Shown one piece after another: positions 27,962 through 41,734 of a stretch of DNA of 64,000 bases. The first letter of the stretch is position 1. Every line of letters begins with the position of its first letter. This stretch comes from Antedon mediterranea. Taxonomy: Eukaryota; Animalia; Echinodermata. The stretch is taken from contig NC_092674.1 of assembly GCF_964355755.1 (NCBI RefSeq), positions 10,478,001 through 10,542,000 on the forward strand, written 5' to 3'. The position numbers and the translations under genes are program-made. The notes under the pieces are model-generated. The model made no database searches and had not been told where the DNA came from. It saw nothing but the letters and a program-made list of their open reading frames with translations.

Positions 27962-28764
27962 CGTCCAATTATATCGCACCAAGGCTTGATGGTCGATTTG
28001 GCGTGATCCAATTTAGATTAGCTCTTTTTCTTAGCCTGTATCTGACGGCATCAATCCTATGCGAAAGGAAACACAATTAGCATGAATGATCAGTAGGAAA
28101 ATTCCATTCTGAAATAGGGGGGTTTTACATCATTTGTATTAATATCTAAAAAATAAATACTTGGAATTCAATGTACTGTTACCTACACACAAATATGGAA
28201 TACCCTTTTCAAATGCAATAACACAAAACAATCTAAATGGAAATGTATGTAATCAAAGTGCAAAGCAGCAAAACAACAAGTTATTATTTTATTATTGTTA
28301 AAACATGAGAATATCCAAATTACTTCTTTAAATTAATGTTCAAATAATTGTATTTAACAGGGCTAATAACATATCCTATAATTACAGTAATTATTGAAAT
28401 AAGGTCGAGGTGGAATGATAAAAACAAAAAGTCATGTTAATCTAATACATTTTTATGCCAAATTACAGTTTGGAAAAATAAAAATTAGGTATGTAGAATG
28501 ATAAAAATAATGGTCACAAAAAATGGCATATTACTACAAAAAATGATTTTGTTAATACAAAAGGTTTATCAAGAAAAATTAGGAAAAATAATTAAGGAAT
28601 AAGAAAAAAGCAAAGATCTTTATTATACTATTACTGAATATTTCAGGTAAATAAGTGTTTTAGCTATAATGTCACATTAAAATGACCCATTCAACGAAAA
28701 GTTTTTTTCAATCATTTTTTCAGGGAGATAATACTTTAATTAAAATTTAAAGTTCCATTCTCTA

Positions 28765-29195
28765 CAATTTTTAACGTTTTGTAAAAATAATGCATATTAA
28801 TCAGGTCATTCCTTAAATGTACGTTTTACGGTAAATTATGATTAAAAGAGAGAAACCATGCACTAACTAAGTAGCTCGCTGTGAATGTCCTCTTGTGGGC
28901 GGTCTTTCGACCTAGCCTAGCTTAGTTTTGTAGGCCTAGTTGGTAAACCGCAGTAACATATGAACATCATGATCGATCATGGGTGAATCACAGAAGAAAA
29001 AAAAGAAAATATCAATCCACATGCAATGCATGTTGCGATTTATAGCGGGCCGCTTAAATGATAAGAGTCAATTTATTTTTCAAATTTTAACAGTTTAAAG
29101 ACGAAAAAGTTATCGCAATAGGACCATATAGTATGTATTTTCATAAATGTAGTTTCTGACCTTAAATTAGATATAAAAAATGTACGGAATGACTT
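28765..29195 (+). mobile_element. Decayed, internally deleted third copy of the same Kolobok-like element
   Basis: Shares tagcgggccgct and aaagacgaaaaagttatcgcaataggaccatatag with 33638-34277. Confidence 0.75.
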
Positions 29196-29544
29196 GAACC
29201 AATTTAATTATACTAGGTACTGCTAACATACAGTATTAAAGTTGGTTACATATAATTATTGTAATTGTTCAACATCATTCTACAATTTCTCTCCTTTTGG
29301 TAGATTGTAATAAATTAATATTTTATATTATAACTTGCATTTAATTCTAGAAATTCTAGAGGTATGTTACAATGTTGCTACTCGGATATTGTAATATCTG
29401 GTAACTGAATACGGTTATGCCACAATTGATTTATATTCAAATGATTAACAATCTAATGAGAATCGGATGCAGCATTAATTACTGATGATTTGACACTGTA
29501 CTGTACATTTTAAAGTGTTATTATAAACAGTATTCTAGATGATA

Positions 29545-29735
29545 AAACGAGTCTTCTCGGATAAGGACTATAAACCGTAGGTCCAGTGTACACATCTAGC
29601 TCATGTGCACTTTAAAGAACCTAGTACATCTTTCGAGGCGAGTGGGGGGTTACTAGTACACACACACTGTCGCACAAAGTCACTTATCATAACTGGGCCC
29701 TCCAATCTTTGGCTGAAGAGGCTACCCAGCAAAGA
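29545..29735 (+). mobile_element. SINE remnant with Deu/Nin-like central domain; related decayed pieces at 1-340 (-) and 33080-33210 (-)
   Basis: ttctcggataaggactataaaccgtaggtcc...aaagaacc...ttcga..gagtggggg resembles the Deu-SINE core. 33180-33208 reads gtggcctaagtggttaaggc (tRNA A-box) on the minus strand. Confidence 0.6.
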
Positions 29736-29783
29736 AATAATATATACTGTAGGATAGATAGGATAGGATAGGATAGATACTAA

Positions 29784-30295
29784 ATTTACCAGATATGGTT
29801 CAAAGAATGAAATTTCATAGTATAATTTTTGTAGTTAAGTGTTTGCATAATTTAATTGATTTTGATATATTTGAATACCTTACAATTAATTCTCGGTATC
29901 CAGAGTCGCTCACCTTTAAACACATGTATGCTAGAACTAATGCATTTAAATACTCCCTGTTTGTTAATTTTCCTCGAATATGGGAATGTATCCCGCATGA
30001 AGTTCGTAACAAAGTCCTGTTTAACTTTGGGGGGTTTAGAAGGGATTTGAAAAAATGTATTACTGATATCGAATTCATCTAGACTATCACTGTGTTTTTA
30101 TGTCTTTTGCGTTTTTCGTACTATTAGTTGGGAAAGCCACTCGACAGTGCAGTTCTTTTGAACTGATCCACTTTTGGTTACCCGCAGGTGCTGATAGTAC
30201 TTTGTTCTGTTTTGTTGAATGATGCCGTGCCTTGTTTATGATTTTTGTATGTTACCTGGAAATTGAATAAAATATAAAATAAAATAAAATAAAAT
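29784..30295 (+). mobile_element. LINE 3' fragment (CR1/L2 group) with (aaaat)n tail
   Basis: ORF 29795..30082 contains ARTNAFKYSLFVNFPRIWECIP, a typical RT-ORF C-terminus; tail aataaaataaaataaaat. Confidence 0.75.
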
Positions 30296-32479
30296 ATGTG
30301 TCTGCCTCCAATCAAAGACCATAACTTGGGATTTGAGTAGTCTACTACAGTATACTAGATACATAATGTAGGATGTCTCCAATGAAAGACTATACATTTT
30401 TTTACAGTACTATTATAGTACTATAGTAAAAGCAAGCAAGGAAGGAATGTTTTATGTAAGGAGAGAAAAAAGGGGGCATATATGAAAGATAGCAGATGTG
30501 GTATTAGATGGAGAAAGGTATATTGTAAGTAGAAAGAATTGGTAAATACCACAGGGAAACAAGCTGAAAAAAGAAAAACAAAATTAATAAGATGTCTCAG
30601 ATTATAATTTTATAATAGTGTTTTACTTATAATTGAAAATTTAGCGACAAAAATGATTTACCTGGTAAAACAGTAGTTTAATTTTATTTTTAATAATCAA
30701 CCACAAGCCCATTGGTCTGGAAGACAATGGATTTTTGCTAAATTTAAATGTTTATTTTGTTTTTTTATAAGTGAAATAATTATGTTTTTGCTGATTTCTT
30801 TTGTAAACCTTTATTAAAACTACAAATGATCTAGTAAAATGTTATTTTATTCACCTTTTATACATCTTTAAGAGTAATTGACTAACAAATTTTCTTACTT
30901 TTGTTTTTGTTTACATTTTATACAACCTCATGGAAGAACACCTGTCTGGTGAATGAATTTATTCCATTACAAATAGAAGATAATATATCATTATGCATCC
31001 AACCTATGATGGGATCCTTGAAAATATAATAAAGAATATTAAATAATATTTTATAATGAATTATTAGCAAAATTGACTGCCAGGTGGAATTGTGCATATA
31101 AAACAGAATAAAATATACATTTATTCTCAATAGATCTCATTTAAAATGTTCACAAAATAATTATTCTTACACTGCAGCTGGCTGTACTGACAGGAATACA
31201 AGGTCAATATTAAATCGACCTTACAATTGGTGTTTAAAAAATGCTTATTACAAGTAATGAACTATTGAGAACTGCACTCAAATATATTACATTGATTAAA
31301 TCAGTATATGAATTTCAGTATAAGGCTTAAACATACAGTAGGTTTTTTTTCAAGAATAAATGCGGCTTGTTGAAAAATATAATGTTGTGAATGTTATTGT
31401 TTTCATGAATAAATTGTTTGTTTTACAATTAATTCTATCTCTAAAGTCTAATGTTCACAAGAGTGTATTTCATTTTAAATCAATGATTTTATTATAGTAC
31501 AGTACATGCCAAGTATAAAAACATGGGACAAAAATAAAGTAGGGGCACCGTCATGAAGAAAAGAAAAAGGTTGAAATAAAAAAAGCTTTTTTATTATTTA
31601 ATTAATAATAAAGAGGATAAAAAATGTGAATTTTTATGAATTTAAGACTCTTTGCAAATTCTATTGTTTGAACTTATCATGATATGGTCATTAACTAAAA
31701 CTTTTTTGAAAAGTACCGTATCATATGAAATGCCAAAAGTGCCAAATGCAATGAACATTTTACATTTCATGTTATTGTTACATATGAAACTAAATTATGT
31801 TTTGTTATACTTATATTAAACATCCAGAAAAGAAATTATCGCTCTCCATCCTTGATAAAAAATTATATTGCTTTCTGAAATAAATTCTTGGACGGGTGTT
31901 CAATGTCTTTTAGAATTGACTCCTTGGAAAAGGCCTATTTCAGTTTATCCATGTATATATAGGCACATATATCTAGATTATAGTAGTAATTAAGAAAAAC
32001 TACAAACGCATTTAACAGTTGGTTATTTGTAAGTTAGGTTATTACAGTGCAGATCTTTTATTTTCAATAATGTTTAAATACATATGAACTCTTGAGAACT
32101 TGTTTGTTTATAATAAAAATGACGCATGGAGTAGGAACTTAGGAACATGTGAACTTAATCACCCCTGGGCTGACTTCACAGTTATTTCAGTCTTCTACTG
32201 CAGGTGGTTAATATGTCACAGACAAAACTGGTATCAAAACAAAAAAACTCTGTTAATATTAAAAGAAATCAATGAATAAATATACTGTACTTGCCTACAG
32301 TATAGTGTAGTAGGCTTATAACATTACTCAAGACTAGGGAATAGTACAATTAAACAATCTTCCCTGGTCAAGACACCTTTGGGCATGAAAAAAAGGTTTT
32401 TTGTTACAGAAAGTTTGTTACAAATAAATTTTAATAGTGAATTTAGGACCTTTGTTTTCTTACAGTATGTTATCATCTT

Positions 32480-33004
32480 AGGGCCTGTTTCTGTTGAGCA
32501 GAAATAATCGATTATTAACCGTTTATTTTTTTAATCGATTATTTTTGGGCAGCAGAAACGGCGCAAAATAAAATAACCGATTAAAAATAACCGATTAAAA
32601 ACACTCAATCCATTGCATGTTTTAATCGATTATTTCTTGTTTTAACCGATTATTACGGAGCAGTTTTGAGCTGCAACACAAATAGCGATTATTGACCACA
32701 CTTTGATCTCTAGAGTATGGCAATCCTCATTCACAAACATGCATTGCTTTACGAGTTCAATTTTTAATCCTACATGTGAGAGTTTTAGGCAGCGATAGGA
32801 TGTAAACAAACCAACTCTCATCGGCCTTCCATAACTTGAACTGCGGGTATGGATGACGTGATTTTTAAAAAGCGATTACCAGATAACCGATTAACGTCGG
32901 AGAACATTTTCAGTTGCAACGCGATCATTTCTGTGGTTTGTGGTACTTAGAAAAAAATCGATATTATTTTTTTTTTTATTATTTTTTCAGCAGAAACAGA
33001 CCCT
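32480..33004. mobile_element. MITE, Harbinger-like, with internal aatcgatta/aaccgatta repeats
   Basis: agggcctgtttctgttga ... tcagcagaaacagaccct imperfect TIRs. Confidence 0.75.
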
Positions 33005-33637
33005 TCATTCTCAATTGAGGAAATTTGGTTTAGGTTGTCTGTCGATCCCATTACATTCAACGACAGGAGCTGAGATGAGGCTACTACACTGGGGTATATC
33101 CTCCTACTCATCTGAAAGGCGCACTGGATGTCTTGAATTGAAGATTGAACATGTGTCAATTTTAAGGTTATGGTTTGTAGCGTCCCTGCCTTAACCACTT
33201 AGGCCACTAAAACTTTTTTCAGTTCAGTTGTTTGTGCTTAAAACCCAGTCAATATGCAGGGAGATGGGTATATTAAATGGCAAATCTATTACATGTATAT
33301 GATGTGAAAGTATCATTGAAACCAGTCCATCTTATGGTTTCAAAGATAAATAAGGTAAAGCTTTTGAGAACCACGATGACTAAAACATTGCTAAAAAAGA
33401 GAACTTGATAAAATCGAAAATATTGTTATTTTTAGCAATGATGTAAAGTGTAATCATCCAAGGATAAGACTTGGCACAACGCCATGATGACAAACACCAC
33501 TTTACAACCAAAATGCAGAAAGAATTACATGTTACATCTTGTAAGTCAACATAGTTGAGTTATTAGGAATCACTTCAGAATTATTTTGATGTTTCATTCT
33601 GTCTAAATTGAACTTTCAGTGGTAAAACATTTATTTC

Positions 33638-34277
33638 TTAAAGACCCCTTCCCTGCAATTTTGGACGTTTTTTGGAAAATAATACATATATATCACTTTA
33701 AAAACATTAAACCATGTCATTCCTTGTCTTAAATGTACGTTTTATGGTAAATTATGATAAAAAGTGAGAAACAATGCACTACCTACTGTAAGTAGCTCGC
33801 GGCGATCGACCTCTCGTGGACGGTCTTAGGCCTAGCCTAGCTAGGCTTAGTTTTGTAGGCCTAGCTGGTAAACATCGGTAACGTACGAACATCGTACGCG
33901 AGCTATATACCTAGCCTGACGTTGTATAGTTGCTGCATTAATTGTCTTTCTATTTTTGCCAGACTCCGTTGATACAAATTGGGGAAAACCCGGTATTTTC
34001 GCTGAAAAGTTAGGAGTCTTCCATTTGTTTTGGCCTCACGATCGATCGAAAAGTGGGCGAATTACAGGTGAAAAACAAAAATATCAATCCGCGCGCAATG
34101 CATTTTGGGATTTATAGCGGGCCGCTATAATTATTAGAATCGGCTTATTTTTCACATTTTTAACCGTTTAAAGACGAAAAAAGTTATCGCAATAGGACCA
34201 TATAGTATTATTTTTACATTAAATATAGTTTGTGATCTTAAATTAGATCTAAAAAAACGTAGGGAATGGGGCTTTAA
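33638..34277 (+). mobile_element. Full-length non-autonomous DNA transposon with TTAA TSD and AG...CT termini (Kolobok-like)
   Basis: TTAA|agaccccttccct ... agggaatggggct|TTAA imperfect TIRs; two further copies in this window. Confidence 0.8.
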
Positions 34278-34459
34278 GTTGTTTAAATTCACTTAAATGT
34301 ATTAATCCTTAAAAAAAATTTAAAAAAAGCAGAGGTGGTTTGAAAATCAAGAGAAGGACTCATGCATACAAATGAAAGAGACATACAATAATTTAAAACT
34401 TGATGTTATTATTTCACTAATGTTTGAAAGTAACTGAATGACTAGTCTGTATTAACAGA

Positions 34460-35355
34460 TATACAATGTTTATAAAATGTAGTTTAACTACCAAATGTGT
34501 ATGGATGATGAGTCCAATAGAAGAAATTACTACAACAAACATATACAATGTTTATAAAATGTAGTTTAACCACCAAATGTGTATGGATGATGAGTCCAAT
34601 AGAAGAAATTGCTACAACAAACATATACAATGTTTATAAAATGTAGTTTAACTACCAAATGTGTATGGATGATGAGTCCAATAGAAGAAATTGCTACAAC
34701 AAACATATATAATGTTTATAAAATTTAGTTTAACCACCAAATGTGTATGGATGATGAGTCCAATAGAAGAAATTGCTACAACAAACATATACAATGTTTA
34801 TAAAATGTAGTTTAACTACCAAATGTGTATGGATGATGAGTCCAATAGAAGAAATTGCTACAACAAACATATATAATGTTTATAAAATGTAGTTTAACTA
34901 CCACATGTGTATGGATGATGAGTCCAATAGAAGAAATTGCTACAACAAACATATATAATGTTTATAAAATGTAGTTTAACTACCACATGTGTATGGATGA
35001 TGAGTCCAATAGAAGAAATTGCTACAACAAACATATATAATGTTTATAAAATGTAGTTTAACTACCACATGTGTATGGATGATGAGTCCAATAGAAGAAA
35101 TTGCTACAACAAACATATATAATGTTTATAAAATGTAGTTTAACTACCAAATGTGTATGGATGATGAGTCCAATAGAAGAAATTGCTACAACAAACATAT
35201 ACAATGTTTATAAAATGTAGTTTAACTACCAAATGTGTATGGATGATGAGTCCAATAGAAGAAATTGCTACAACAAACATATATAATGTTTATAAAATGT
35301 AGTTTAACTACCAAATGTGTATGGATGATGAGTCCAATAGAAGAAATTGCTAAAA
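34460..35355. repeat. 82-bp tandem repeat, 11 copies
   Basis: atggatgatgagtccaatagaagaaatt recurs at 34501, 34583, 34665 ... 35321. Confidence 0.97.
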
Positions 35356-38212
35356 ACGAACACAAAAAAACCTTTTAGAACCAAAGTTCTAGAGTATCTA
35401 ATGTATTCTCACACACATTTAATATTGATAATCATAATGTAAATGTCCAATATTTACTGTAAACTGTCAAACATCCTTCTTGGGCTTTTAGGTGCATGAG
35501 TATGATTTAAAGACTGTCTTATAATTTCCCAGCCGTAATTTCCAACAGCATTCTCAGAAGAATCTCTTCAAAAAAGCCCACATTGGTTGTAATTAATAAG
35601 TTCAATAACACAAAAAACTGACCCTAAATTGATATGTTTTCGAAATAAAATTGTTATTAAAGTAAAATCCTTATTTATGGCATTTTAAAAACATACTGTT
35701 TACTATGCCATTAACTCTTGCACACTAAAAAATTCCCTGTGCACAGAATGGATTATTCCACATCAAAGTCTCACAAAATGAGATGAAAATGAGATGTATG
35801 CAGTGTCTGTGAGCAAGCAATCACATGATCAGAATGCGCAGCAATATTAAGAGTAATCCATTAGGACTAAGAGGTCAATTTTGTCTGAATCAATATCACC
35901 AACTAATTTCCGCCACCCACATAAAAAATAAATTTCAATAGTAACTAAAAATGTAATAAATAATAATGTTTTTTTCATTAATGCATCTCATAAATAATAT
36001 ATGAAATCTGCAGGATGTCTAATTATTAAATTATGAATAATAATCAAAATTGTATTACAGTAAGTCACTCTGTAATGATTGTACTTTAATTAATAATTAT
36101 TTACAATTATTAATGAATTGATAGTTTAAAGTTTAATTTATAAATATTGATATTTTACTTCAACGGCATAAGGTATTCATTTATTTTGTTTATTTAAAAA
36201 CACAATCTGCACACATGTATATAAAAAAAAAATTATATAAACAAGTTCGATGATTATTAAAAACATGTGTGGAAGGAGGCGTACAAGTTTAACTTTACAC
36301 CTAGACTCCAAAAAATAAGCGAAGTATTGTACAGTAAAGGTTGGGCAGAAAAAGAGACAAAAAAATACTATACTTAATATTATTAATATTATTTTTAAAA
36401 AAGGAAAGGAACGGAGAAAGCAAAACACCTGACAAAGATATTCAGGTGACACACAACAATATCAAAATCATAATTATGCTAATAAACAATACCAATTTAT
36501 TCATCTGTGTAATATACAAAATGTATAATGATTTTGTTTGGTCATCATGTAAAAACTTAAATTTCTCCCAATATGTTTCTTAATCCCAGTTGTATTACAT
36601 TTTTTAACAACGGGTAATTTAAATAACTTGTATTACTTCACTTGTTAACAGTACCTGCTCAAAACCTGTGTATTGTATGTAAAACTTTATTTCTTTAAGG
36701 GAATAACTGGATTGGGACAGGATAGGGTTATTTTATCACAAAATTATTTTAACTTATAAGTTGGGAAAGTCTGTAGCCCTAATTATATGATTAGCAATAT
36801 AGGCCTAACTATCTTCCTAAGTTCACCTTTCCACAAAATATTGCTCAAGATATGCTTTATAAAAATATATATATATTTACTAAAACATTTCTTCATGCTT
36901 TTTTTATTCTCATTAATTGAATGTTTCAATACTAATTATCATAATCTTGGGTGCTGGCCAATGGGTTGCAGGAAACTAGATTGGTTAAATAATGTGAAAT
37001 CATCATTGTGTTAAGGCAATCACAACGTTTGCCTAATCTACTCTATGCCCTTAATAATCCCTTTCCCCACACATTATGTCTTTCCATTTCCCCTGCCTAC
37101 ATCTATGCCCCTGCTATTTTCATCCCCACCCCTAGAAACCTGATTGTACAAGAGTCACTGTAGAGATAAATTAAGTAGCTGTCTGTCCTTGTTATTGAGC
37201 GAAGTAGAATTAATTAGAAAATTTCTTAATTGGTTTAATAAGGAACACAATGATGATTCGTTATTATGACTTAATTACATCTAATTTATCATAATGACAT
37301 GCTTTACCATCATGGTAGTGTAGAAAGTGAAATAGGGAATTGACAACATTGCTAATATTTCCATGATGCAGTATAGAGCCAAAACAACAATAAATCAAGA
37401 TTGGGGCTATAGCCAAAGCTATCACAACATGTAATACAATGCATAGATGCTTGCTATATTCTATAGTTTAGGCGGACGTTCCCAAAACCATGGGTCACGC
37501 CCAAATTTGGACCGCAAAAGATTTGTAGTGGACTGTGAGGTGGCTTGAGAAATTGAAACAAAAAATGATTTAGTGTAGTAAGCGCCTTTATTTTAGCCAT
37601 ACACAGCTTACGACAACAAAGTGTCAAGATTATTAATGGTGTTTGCTTGTTACGTGGTTAGGCCTTTAGATGTGGTACATAATTTCTAAAATTGTCTTAG
37701 ACAATGGAAGACTATTTTATATTAGCCTTATATTACATATTGTGCCGTGTCAGGTACTGCGAACCCGATTTTAGACCGCGTAATAAAAAGTTTGACGATC
37801 ATTTTGAATTGGTTTTAGGCCTAATAATGATTTAAAAATAAGTGAAATGAAAACAGCACTTTTTATGAAATAAATGACAATAAACTTAAGTAAATGAGGA
37901 TGTGATGCTTAATGCACTACTGTAGTAAATGTCAGCAGAATTATATTTTACCTATCTTATCTATGTTCAAAATACTGATTCAAAACTAGCCCTACTAACT
38001 TAACTAGCTTAGAACTCAAGCATCAACTTTAGGTTCGTTTACAAACCCCTAGGGCTCGACCAGGTATGAATGATTGCCTAGTTTGCTCAGGCTTAGACCT
38101 TCACGATCTCTGTCACGCCGAACTGTCAATATCACTGAAAAAAACACGTTCCTTGCTTAATACCTCTTTGTCAACTTAACTTTCATACGTTTTGAGATTC
38201 ATTAAAACTTAC

Positions 38213-38440
38213 CGTTTGACAAGCTTACTTCAAATAAGATTAAATGCTAAGAAAAACACTAAAAACCGGGTGGAATTTTACTGTCTACCTCAACAGAAGT
38301 AGCTTAGAATATTCGCCTGTTGAGGGCTGCAATTCACTTTCTAGAAAAAAGGTGGGTTTGATGTATGTTTGTCAATATTTATTTCCGGTTGAAGAGAAGT
38401 TGTCATGCGTAAACTTGACTTTAGTCACACAAGCGGAAAA
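38213..38440 (-). promoter_or_regulatory. Candidate APBB non-coding first exon and promoter
   Basis: Strong donor CG|gtaagt at 38213, ETS-like CCGGAAAT near 38385 and local CpG retention. It lies upstream of the 28056 acceptor, which needs an upstream donor. Confidence 0.35.
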
Positions 38441-41400
38441 ATTGGCTTTTCATTAAAATTAAGAACAACAATAGAATCAGCAGAGAATAAACCATAAGTA
38501 TCACTACAATAAATAAAGAAGACCTCTGTATTGTTGTAATCCAATTGATTTTGTAAACTAATAATTGACGAATGCTAATCCCACGATCCGAATTTAAAGA
38601 AATTTAGAAAGGACACTGTGTTAATAGGCATCATTATTAAAATAAAACAAATATTTCTTACAAAAAACGCTGCTCACTTATTGACGTAATAGTTTTAAAG
38701 ATATATTGTCCCTCTGAACAATATTTTTTATTTCAAATTTGTGTTTGAATGTGTCATTTTATTGTCACATAATAGTTATTTTACCTGAAAAAATGTAATT
38801 TAAAGCAAAAAATACTTAAATTGTCTGTCAGACAATGGTTTTTGAGTTATAATTAAACGTTTCTTTTCTTTTTTTATGTGAACAAATATTATTTTTTTGT
38901 TACAGAGTCTGTGTTTCATATCAGTCACTTTAGTTTATTTTATTGCTAAGGTCAAGTCTGGGGGTCATTTCATCACGCCTAGATACTTCAAGTGTGAAGT
39001 ATCATCTGACAGCGAATTATATAATAATATCATGGGACTCATAAATACCAGAAATGCTTTGGGATTTGTCATTCAACCGTTAAACTCTTTTCCCAGACGT
39101 GTTTTGGTGGTACCTATAAATTACAGTCGAGTATGCATTTTAGCAAAATTGTCAACCTTAGATATATAACTGCTGCTTTACTTTCGGTTTCTTAATGAGT
39201 CATCCTCCTGGGACGTAGCGGGCTAAAGCAGCAGCGTGACAAGGTATACCATACCACTGTGGCAGAAAATGTTAATTACTTATTATTTAAACGAATATTT
39301 TTCTACGATTTGAATAAAATCATTCTCAAATCCACAAATAATTTTATCAGGAAAATGTTAATACTCTACACTCTGGAAAAAAATAAATAAATCATAGCCT
39401 ATAATTAACACAATACAAAAAAGCAATCCCTAGAATCTCCCGTATTTTATGAATATCTCATATATTGTTTGTAGGCCTATATTTTTTTGTGTTTTCATTG
39501 ATTGCGTTTGTCCGTTTTTATATTTTTATATCGACATTTATTGTTAAACTTTGTCAAATCAAGTTGCAATAAAGAATGTATTTATTAAGATTATTATTTA
39601 GAACCAGAGATGAACGGTATACTTTCGGGCATAGGCTATTGTACACATTTTCATGCCGAACCTTTAGGCAGTAACAGTCCAGACGGTCAAATCACGTCTG
39701 GGAGAAGAGAGTATGAAAATATATACTATCACGTAGGCCTATAAATAGAGTGTTTCCAGGCTATTTTTTACGTTACACAAGATGTTTACTGATTGAAGTA
39801 ACCCATTAGAGGTGGAAAATGATTTTACAAAATTAATGTAAGCCTATATACAAAATATTTGCCAAATTGCAGTGGTGGAAACACGCTCGCTAAATACCAT
39901 TTTTTGAGATGACAGAAGACAAGTAGGCCTAACGGAAATCCTATAGGCCTACATGTAATTCATTTTTTAAACGGTACAATATTTTGTTTTAAAAGTATTT
40001 TTAATGGATAATTATTGTTCATGTCTGGCACAGGTTATTGATCTAGTTTAGTATTATACATTTACCGTAACATAGCTACAAAAGATCGCATCATGCTAGC
40101 CATTCAAAAATTGATCAAACTCATGATGTGGACTGGTTGCTGAATCTTCTAATAGATAATTTAGACGTTTTACACATGTAGAGAATACAGTATATGATTA
40201 CTTTGATTCAATAAACGTTTTATATTTATTTTTAAAATGTATTTGGTCTACTGTTTTTATGTCTAAGGGTCCTCACCCGACAGTGATTTAGTTCACTTTT
40301 GGGATGCCCTAGCTGTCTCATGTTCTGGCTGTTATTTATTATTTTTGTGTATTTTATTGTTTTGTTTATTGTTTTTAGACGAATAAATGAAATGAAGTAG
40401 TAGTAGTTGTTCAATTCAAAACATTATCCAACTTCTCTTTGGGCTCTACACGAGTAAATGAATTACTAGGATAATAATAATGCCAATTTTATGAAAAGCT
40501 TTAAAATGAATAAAAACAAATTCATTGAATTTCAAATTTTCATTGCAAAATAGAATGTGCAAAATTCTTCAATGAGACTATTTATATTTGTATGTAAAAA
40601 AACCCCCCTCCCAATTTTGGAAGCATTAAAGGTAGAATGGTTGACTCTTGACTTCTAGGAGCAATCACTCGTTAGAGTAATCACCCTTCGACAGTATTAG
40701 GTTATAAATACCAGTAATGCATTCCCAGGACATGAAAGCTAAATAAAGTAACTAATTTTTTTGTGCTTTTTAAATTTTTATAAAATTTTTTTTTGTTTGT
40801 TTGTTGGGGGTGTTTTTTGTAATGATACATCATATATTATATGTTATAATATATTACCATGTAGTAGTATAAATATGACACTGCAAATTCAATCAGTTGT
40901 TGAATGAAGAATTTTTTTCTACTATCCATATCTTGTGGAAGAACTATATTAAAGAATAATAATACCAACACATTTATCAAGAGTTTCACAAGGACTTTTT
41001 GTAATAAACCCATAACTGGTATGCTTGATTACATGTTAATATTTATATTTATGCACAATGTTTTTTATGCCTAAACAATATTGGTGTTGAAAAGGAGCAT
41101 CTTGACACCTACATTAATATATACAATTGAAGAAAACAATTGAAAGAAAACAATTATAAGCCCAAACAAATCAACATATTATTTACATATTTTATAAATT
41201 GAATACATCTGTACATAATTATATAAAACTATGAATGCGTAGTAAAAAATATGAATATTCATTTTGAAATAGTATGAGGGTGAACAATAATGAAAATTGT
41301 GCCTATAAATAGAATGAATTTTCCGGTCCAACAAACTACCATGAAAGCAACGCAGTACAATGTTATGGGGACTAATAAGCCTTCAAGTAATTATTAGTAC

Positions 41401-41734
41401 TGAATCATAAATGTGGTACCTGCCTGTTTGAGATGATTTTATGATGCTTCCTTCTGATTTCTTTACATACCAGGAATAACATGTAATAAAGACTGTTCTA
41501 AAATCTATGATAAAATCTCAAACACTAAAAGAAATAATTCCTTTTTGTTGAATTTTAATTGTTTTATATGTTCATATTGTATGTATGTGTGACTTAAGTT
41601 AATAAAGTAAATCAATCTAATTACAGTGATTAGTACACGTATGTGATTCCTTAAAAAATGGAAGTTGAAAGTCTTGACGCTTCATGTTCATGAAGCCCAG
41701 AAGTAATTTCCATATTTTGAATTGAAGTTAACTG

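Noticed and set aside
34460-35355. CRISPR-like array
   Set aside because: The units are wholly repeated with no unique spacers, there are no cas genes, and the context is a eukaryotic intron. The same applies to the 20-bp array.
15670-40414. Numerous 60-100 aa AT-rich ORFs rich in I/F/L/K
   Set aside because: These are compositional artefacts of intronic or intergenic DNA with no domain or splice support.
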